This document shows positions 58,090 through 64,000 of a stretch of 64,000 nt of DNA, piece by piece; position 1 is the first letter of the stretch; every line of letters starts with the position of its first letter. The position numbers and the translations under genes were made by a program. Below the pieces are notes generated by a model, which saw only the letters and a program-made list of their open reading frames with translations, did not search any database and was not told the DNA's origin. The stretch comes from an uncultured delta proteobacterium (GTDB taxonomy: Bacteria > Myxococcota_A > Polyangia > Fen-1088): contig CAVTRY010000013.1 of the NCBI GenBank assembly GCA_963737265.1, positions 320,001 through 384,000 on the forward strand, read 5' to 3'.

Positions 58090-58824
58090 TTACGGGGCAG
58101 GCGCCGGAGGTGTTGGCTTGGGGCTGTTGCTCCACCGATCGTCGGCCTTTTGCATGGCTTCGCGCAAGGGGGCGAAGAGCAGGGCGTCGTCCGCGGGGTT
58201 GATCCCGGCGTTCTCGGCGGTGGTCACGAGGATCTTGGTCCAGCGGATCCATTCGCGACGGGCGGCCTGGGTTTGCGCCGCCAAGGTCTTCGAGGGGTGT
58301 TTGAGCAGCGCACGCTTTTCTTCCACGGCTCCCATTTGCGTGGAGACGCTCTGCCACTGGTTGTACAGATCGAACATGGTCGAATCGCCCAATGGCAGCG
58401 ACTTCAGGAACGTGAGCTGGTCGTCGGTCATGGCGGCGGCCACGGCGGCGGCGTGACCGGCCTCGGCCAAGTGGCTCTTGTTGTTGTGGCTCAATCCCAG
58501 CGGGAAAAGTTGGTTGCGCAAGCTCCGCACCTGGTCGCCGTTCTTCGCCAGCTTCGCCAGCGTGGTCAGTGCGCCGAACATCCCGCGCAGCAGATCGTCG
58601 TGCTGAATATCGAGCTGCTTGCCTTGCAGGGTGAGCTGCTGGATTTCGGGATCGCTCGATTGGGCAGCCACGGCCACAATGGCCGCGTGCACCTGTTCCA
58701 GCGTGGGCAAGAGAGGCGCCATCATGGGCGTCTTCTCAATCACCGCCCGCGCCGCGCTTTCCGTTGTGACCCACGCCTTCGAGACCTCACTCATCTCCGC
58801 CTCGTCCAACTTTCGTTCGTCCAT
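58090..58824 (-). CDS. All-helical hypothetical protein upstream of the 43-bp array
   Basis: Strong RBS GGAGGTAGGAGG; coding-like composition; D..HD..LRG, LFP.GL and S...EAG motifs. Confidence 0.7.
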   Translation of the reverse strand: MDERKLDEAEMSEVSKAWVTTESAARAVIEKTPMMAPLLPTLEQVHAAIVAVAAQSSDPEIQQLTLQGKQLDIQHDDLLRGMFGALTTLAKLAKNGDQVRSLRNQLFPLGLSHNNKSHLAEAGHAAAVAAAMTDDQLTFLKSLPLGDSTMFDLYNQWQSVSTQMGAVEEKRALLKHPSKTLAAQTQAARREWIRWTKILVTTAENAGINPADDALLFAPLREAMQKADDRWSNSPKPTPPAPAP

Positions 58825-58978
58825 CACAGTCCTCCTACCTCCAATAAGTTGATACGGCACCGATCCGCCCGGACCGGTCCCCTTGGGTCGGGCGGCAGGC
58901 TACGATTTGCTTTTCGTCAAAATGGCAACGGTACTGTGACGGATCTTGATGCGTTTCACGGGTAGTCTCCCGCGAGCC

Positions 58979-59698
58979 ATGCAGTTCTCACGACCGGGCC
59001 TTCGCGCCCACACAGTCCTTGCGTTGTTGGTTCTCCTCAGTGCTTGCAAGAAAGGCGCGCCTCTACCCGCGGCACCCGCGCTTCGGGCCGAGCTGCCACC
59101 GCCCGAAGTCAGCCGGGATTCGGCGCTGCTGTTCACCTACGTCGAGGCGAACGGAATGTTCGCCACGAGCGAACAGGCAGAGAAGGTGCCCGAGGTGGGC
59201 CGGCGAGTGGTAAGGATCATGGGACAGGGCAGGGGCGAGGTTCAACGGCGGAACAATGCCAATGTCGAGGTCATCGACCTGCGCGACTTGCTCGTCAAGG
59301 GAAAGACACTGCCGCGGGTGATGTCGCGCGAGGAATTCGAGAGCCGCGCGCTGGCGCAGTTGCCGCCGGGCGATTCCTGCTCGCTGTCCGAGCCGCACGG
59401 CCCGCCGTTGGCCGAAGAGCCGGGTCGGGCGGGGCCCCCGGATGAACCGCCCATCGCGATCCTCTATGGCACGCGCTGGTGCAAGGCCTGCAAGGCGGCA
59501 CGCCGGTACCTGGTCTCCAACCTCATTCCCTTCGCCTCGAGGGACGTCGAGAAGGATCCTTCCGCCGCCCGCGAGCTAAAAGCGAAAGCCTTGCCCTTCG
59601 GGATTACGGCCGATCGCGTGCCCATCCTCGATGTGCGAGGTCGCCTGTTGGTCGGATTCGACGAGACGCGAATGAATGGGCTGCTGGCCGACTGGTAG
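58979..59698 (+). CDS. Glutaredoxin-domain lipoprotein
   Basis: Lipobox LSAC; LYGT.WCKAC, DVEKD, VP.LDV.G....GF. Confidence 0.8.
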   Translation: MQFSRPGLRAHTVLALLVLLSACKKGAPLPAAPALRAELPPPEVSRDSALLFTYVEANGMFATSEQAEKVPEVGRRVVRIMGQGRGEVQRRNNANVEVIDLRDLLVKGKTLPRVMSREEFESRALAQLPPGDSCSLSEPHGPPLAEEPGRAGPPDEPPIAILYGTRWCKACKAARRYLVSNLIPFASRDVEKDPSAARELKAKALPFGITADRVPILDVRGRLLVGFDETRMNGLLADW

Positions 59699-59718
59699 AG
59701 CTTCTCGCAAAAAGGAGT

Positions 59719-59752
59719 GCGGCCCTGGGGCCGATGAAGGCGCCAGGGCCGC
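59719..59752. terminator. Hairpin between convergent genes
   Basis: GCGGCCCTGG...CCAGGGCCGC, preceded by an A run (T run on the minus strand). Confidence 0.6.
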
Positions 59753-59786
59753 GTTGGGTTTCTAGGCTAGTTGGCTGCTGCGGCTG

Positions 59787-62691
59787 TTAGAACCGGGCGA
59801 TGGCGAACTGGCCGGCGTGGTTGACGACGGCCCAGGCGGTGTTGGTGGCGGGGTCGACGCCGAAGGTGCCGAGCCGGTAGCTGACGTTCCAGGCGCCGAG
59901 CACGAAGGCCGGCGTTCCGCCCACGTTCTGCGCGACGGCGCTGGTCCAGTTGCCGGTGCTGTCCTGCGTGGCCAAGCCGAAGCCGCCGCTGACCAGGGTC
60001 GCATCGCTGACGGCGCTGCGGTCGAACGACATCGACAGGGCGATGGTGTCGCCGCTGGCTGCTGCCGACATCCGCCGTGCCCCACAGGTTCATAATGGCG
60101 CTGGAGGTGGCGCAGGTGGCGGCGCTCCAGCCGATGTCCACGGCATGGGTAAGCGCGCGGTTAATGTAGTCCTTCGCGGCGCTGGTATTCGTGCCAGCGA
60201 GGAACTGCGCCGTCGTGCCGGCGAAGGTGAAGGGCGTGGTCGGGTAGGAAGCTCCCTCGGCAACCAGGATCTCGGTCCCGTTCTGGCTGTAGCCGAAGGT
60301 CTGCTTCTTGGCGAAGGTGAAGTTCGGGGTGACGTTGATAGGATAGGCGGCGTTCCCGGTACCCATCGGGTAGTTCGCGTCCGACTGCCAGGCGCCGTGC
60401 GTGTCGGAGTAGAAGTCCACCGTCACGTTCGCCCCATCCACGGTGAAGATGTAGTAACCGACCGTGTAGAGCTCTTGCGCCACGGGAGTCTCGCGCACCT
60501 TCTGGCCGAACCAGTTCGCGCTCGTGACGGCCGCAGGCGTGTAGAACTTGCTGCTGTCCGAGGAGCCGATGAGCTCGTGCACGTTCGACAGTCCGTCGGG
60601 GCTGGCGACGATCGAGTGCTGGTTTATGTGGTCGTGGCCGGCCATGAAGTACTTGACGTTGTTGGCGTTCAGGCTGGCGTAGAAGGCATTCTGCATGGCC
60701 GGGTTGGCGTTGGTGTAACCCTGGAACATGGTGTCCTGGTGGCTCTCGGCCATGAGCGGCTGGTGCGTATACACGAAGGCATGGTCGGTGCCGCGCGTGG
60801 TCTTGTCGAGCCGGCTGCTGATCCACGGCTGCTGTTGCGCGACCGAGTAGCCGAAGTCGTAGCCCGCGGCGGAGATGTCCACGCTCGGAGTCACCCAGGG
60901 ATCGACGATGACGAAGCGGGCGTTGTTGTAGTCGAACGAGTAGCTCATACCCTTGAGCTCACTGGCCATATTGGGAGGATCACCGGCGTTGTTGCCGGGG
61001 CTGCTGAAGTTGGTGGCGCCGAAGGTGTTGGAGAGGCCTTGCGTCTGCGGGTAGAGCGACTGCAGCACCGGGATGGCGAATTGGTTGCCCGTGCCGTACG
61101 TCTCGTGGTTACCACGCATCGGGAAGAAGCCGATGCCGGCGTTGAGAAGCTGCTGGGCGGCCTGGGCGCGCACGGTCTCGTCGGCGTCGTTGCCGGTGTC
61201 GGCGAGGTCACCGACCTGGATGACGAACTTGACACCCGCGGCGATAAACTGCGGGTTGAGCTGGTCGATGATCGACACCGAGACGGTGGTCGGGTTCTGA
61301 CCCGCCGGATCCGTGGTCGTCCACTGCGTATCCGACATCACGCCGAACTTCCACGCTGTGGAAGCGGGAGGCGTGCAGGTCGCCGCCAAGGCCGCCGTCT
61401 TGACGGCGAAGTCGTACTGAACGCTGCCGCCCACGGCGTTGGTCGCGATCACCGAGACGGTGAAGGTGGCGCTCGGCGTGGCCGGGGCCGTCCACACGAC
61501 CTGCGACGAGCCGGCGCTGTTGATTTGGTTGGCCAGCGTGCCGGCGGCGGCGACCCACGCGAAGGTGAGGGCGCTGCCTTGCGGATCGGTCGCGGCGACC
61601 GAGAAATTCACGCTGCCATTGACGTCGACCACTCTGACCGACTGGACGCTGTCGGTGACGGACGGAGCCTGAATGGCGACGGGCTTGCCAATCGGCAGGG
61701 TCGTCTGACCGGTGGTCGTGCCACCCTTGCCATCGCTGACCGTCACGGCGAGGTCGCAGCTGGTGTCGATAGAGCCGACTGGGAGGGCGACGCTGGTCAC
61801 GGCCGCCTGGGCTGAGAAGACCGCGCTCGCGCACGAGCTGGTCCATGCGTACGACAGGGCATCGCCGTCCGCATCGCTCGCGGTGACGGTGAGGGAAGTG
61901 GGCGAACCGAGCACGATGTAGCCCGGGGACGCGACGAGATCCGTGACCACTGGCCAGGTGTTGAAGCTGACATTGACGTCGGCCTGGCCGCGGCCGTTGC
62001 TGGCCGAGACGTGGACGACGATAGAGGCCGAGGTCGAGGCGCCGTGGTTATCGGTCACGGCGAGGACGAGGGTCTGGTCTCCCTCGGTGGCTGGCGCGGT
62101 CCAGTTGGTCGTGGCGGCGGTGGGGGCCGAGAAACCATCGCTGGCCGGGCTGACCGACCACGCGAAGGCGACGGTGTCGCCGGCGTTGGGGTCGTGCGCG
62201 GTCGCCTTGGCAGTGATGGTGGCGCCGGGAACGATGTTGGTCGACGACAGGACCAAGGAATCGATCACGGGCACGGCATTCTTGAAGGGCACCCCTGTCG
62301 CGGTCTGCTGGGCGGTGATGATGACCGTGGTCGTCTGATCCTTGAGGATGGCGACGCCAGAGGTCGTGCCCGCGTAATCGGGGTTGGCCGACTTGTCGAG
62401 GGCGCTGACGGTGAAGACGTAGTTGCTGCCCACGGGCAGCGAGCCGATGAGGGCGCCCCAGGCGCCGGTGCTTCCGCGCGCGGAAAGCTGGATGGAAAGT
62501 GGTGCCGCAAGAGCGGGGCCGCTCACCGTGGCGACGACGCTCTGCACGTTGAGCGCGCCGAGCGCGCGAACGCTGAGGTCGGCGCCGCCGGTGCTGGCGG
62601 AGTCGGCATGGTTACCACAGCCCGCGAGAAGCGCGGCTGCGGCGAAAGCTCCGAGCGGGAGCAGGAAAGGCTGCGAGGGGCGATGGAACAT
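59787..62691 (-). CDS. Ig-like stalk + calcineurin-like metallophosphoesterase lipoprotein; frameshift near 60054
   Basis: RBS AAGGAGG; lipobox LAGC; SDTQ, GDL, RGNHE, HQP, GHDH metal motifs; the natural C-terminus lies in ORF 59787-60071. Confidence 0.8.
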
Positions 62692-62740
62692 GGAGGACCT
62701 CCTTGTTGGTCGCGCGCACCCTACGATTTCAATTCCATAC

Positions 62741-62762
62741 AAAGCGCGACGGTCGTGTTACG
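62741..62762 (-). promoter_or_regulatory. Pho-box-like repeat CGTAAC-N5-CGTCGC
   Basis: AAAGCGCGACGGTCGTGTTACG is 19/22 identical to 12800-12821. Confidence 0.6.
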
Positions 62763-63019
62763 GAATTTCGTACGCTGAATACGACTAATGGAGCTTACGG
62801 GCGGTTTTGGCGAGAAACACCTGCCAAGGCCGGCAGGCGCAAAACCCATTTCGCTCGTGCCGCCCTCGGTCGTAATGCGCGTTGGCTGCGCCGTGTCCAA
62901 CGTCGAACCCATTGCTATTGCGCCATTTTTCGCGTGCAGAACAGCGTTGCTTGCCCGTTGTGCTCTGGTCCACCAGGGGCTCCTGGCGCACTTCGCGACT
63001 GCGTGGCAGCCTTGGGGCC

Positions 63020-63265
63020 ATGCGAACAATTAAGCGCTACGCGAACCGAAAACTCTACGACGTCCAAGAAAGTCACTACGTGACCCTCGACAAGCTTGCG
63101 AGTCTTGTACGTCAGGGCGAGGAAATCCGGGTGGTCGACCACGTTGCCGGCCGTGACCTGACCGCAGCCACACTCGCTCAAATCATATTCGAGGAAGAGA
63201 AGCGCGGGGCAGGACCGCCAGCGGCTGACCTGTGCCGAATCATCACGACCGGACAGATTCCATAG
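63020..63265 (+). CDS. PHA synthesis regulator DNA-binding domain protein (PhaR-like)
   Basis: IKRYANRKLYD...S.YVTL...DLT..TLAQII.E. Confidence 0.88.
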   Translation: MRTIKRYANRKLYDVQESHYVTLDKLASLVRQGEEIRVVDHVAGRDLTAATLAQIIFEEEKRGAGPPAADLCRIITTGQIP

Positions 63266-63350
63266 CGGCGGTTCCTTTTCCGACCATCCTATCGTCGCCT
63301 ATCGTCGCGAGGTTGCTGCTCGCCTCGGTAGTGCGCTGCTATCCTTCCTG

Positions 63351-63998
63351 CTATCCTGGCGGCTCTTGGCCGTAGATCAGCGTGCCGTCTCGATAGACCG
63401 GGATCTTGGCGGTCTGCGCCGGGGTATTTGCGTTCGATGAAACACCATCAAACGACCAATCGTTGCTCGGGTCAAAGTACGACGTGTTCTGCGGGGCCGC
63501 GATGCGGAACTGCGCCTCCTTCTTGAAAGCCGACTGGCCCCCTGGGTAGATGAGCGTTCCGGTGAAGTCGAGTGTCACGTAATAGATCGTTTGCGAGCCA
63601 TTCCAGGCAAACGGCCCGCTAAGTGTCGCCCCTTGGTTGTAGTTGCTCGTGAGCGTGATGTCGGCGGCCGAGCCTCCGTTGGCGAGGAACTGTGAGATGT
63701 CGATGAAGTATCGAAACGAAAGCTTGTCGTCCGCCCGTGCGGGCCAGCCAGATTTGTTGTTCAGCAGGGCCCTGATTTCGATGAAGTTCGGTCCCTGCGC
63801 ATTGACGGCGGCCTCGACGTAATATTCGTCATTGGTCGGCGTTTCCATTGCGGTGAGATCCGCGACGCTCTGTCCGCCCAGTTCTACCGTCAGCTTGGCG
63901 AGTACGCCGACGAATCCGGCATTGTAGTCGCAAGCGGGTTCGTTCGAGACGTAGTTGTCAATTGTGTCCGTGTACGAGTCATCCTGGCCCGGCCCTCC
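63351..63998 (-). CDS. GH9 cellulase C-terminus with CBM3 (partial)
   Basis: [11 protein letters not shown]...[16 protein letters not shown]9 signature followed by NKSGWPAR...SFRYF...[11 protein letters not shown]3c-like domain. Confidence 0.88.
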   Translation of the reverse strand, partial: GGPGQDDSYTDTIDNYVSNEPACDYNAGFVGVLAKLTVELGGQSVADLTAMETPTNDEYYVEAAVNAQGPNFIEIRALLNNKSGWPARADDKLSFRYFIDISQFLANGGSAADITLTSNYNQGATLSGPFAWNGSQTIYYVTLDFTGTLIYPGGQSAFKKEAQFRIAAPQNTSYFDPSNDWSFDGVSSNANTPAQTAKIPVYRDGTLIYGQEPPG

Positions 63999-64000
63999 CA

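Noticed and set aside
57413-58900. Integron integrase next to the attI-like site
   Set aside because: No ORF with tyrosine recombinase motifs (HxLRH, catalytic Tyr) in any frame
1-64000. tRNA or rRNA genes
   Set aside because: No cloverleaf or rRNA-like segment noticed by eye; tRNAscan-SE and barrnap were not run

Overview
GC-rich window, most likely from a myxobacterium (Myxococcota, Polyangia-like). This is inferred from the gene families seen: TonB_C-fused receptors, Gly/Thr-linker lipoproteins, and a Ser/Thr kinase-PEGA-Kelch cluster. From left to right: (1) an NHEJ locus (ku, DUF72, and a LigD split into PE-deadLIG-POL plus a separate intact ligase) followed by a GH9 cellulase. (2) A ~37 kb island (8.6-45.4 kb) of secreted beta-propeller/Ig-like lipoproteins, three Cys-rich PstS-like proteins, and two paralogous modules (PstS-like, small lipoprotein, OprO/P-like porin, DUF2135-like lipoprotein, TonB-dependent receptor, lipoprotein). 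The modules flank a PhoB-like regulator; ExbB-ExbD-TonB is present; 11-bp-period Pho-box-like repeats lie before most transcription units; two related MITEs bracket the island. (3) A Kelch/PEGA/Ser-Thr kinase/FHA cluster. (4) An integrase-less integron cassette array (50.6-57.4 kb) made almost entirely of toxin-antitoxin cassettes. An IS110/IS1111 element sits in one attC; its 3' non-coding region appears to encode a bridge/seek RNA with two tandem target-binding loops matching two attC variants, plus one donor-binding loop matching the IS ends. (5) An 8 x 43-bp non-coding array behind a hypothetical gene, a glutaredoxin-like gene, an Ig-stalk metallophosphoesterase, a phaR-like gene and the end of a GH9-CBM3 cellulase. 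Three single-base frameshifts suggest residual assembly indels. All family calls come from motif recognition by eye; no searches were run.
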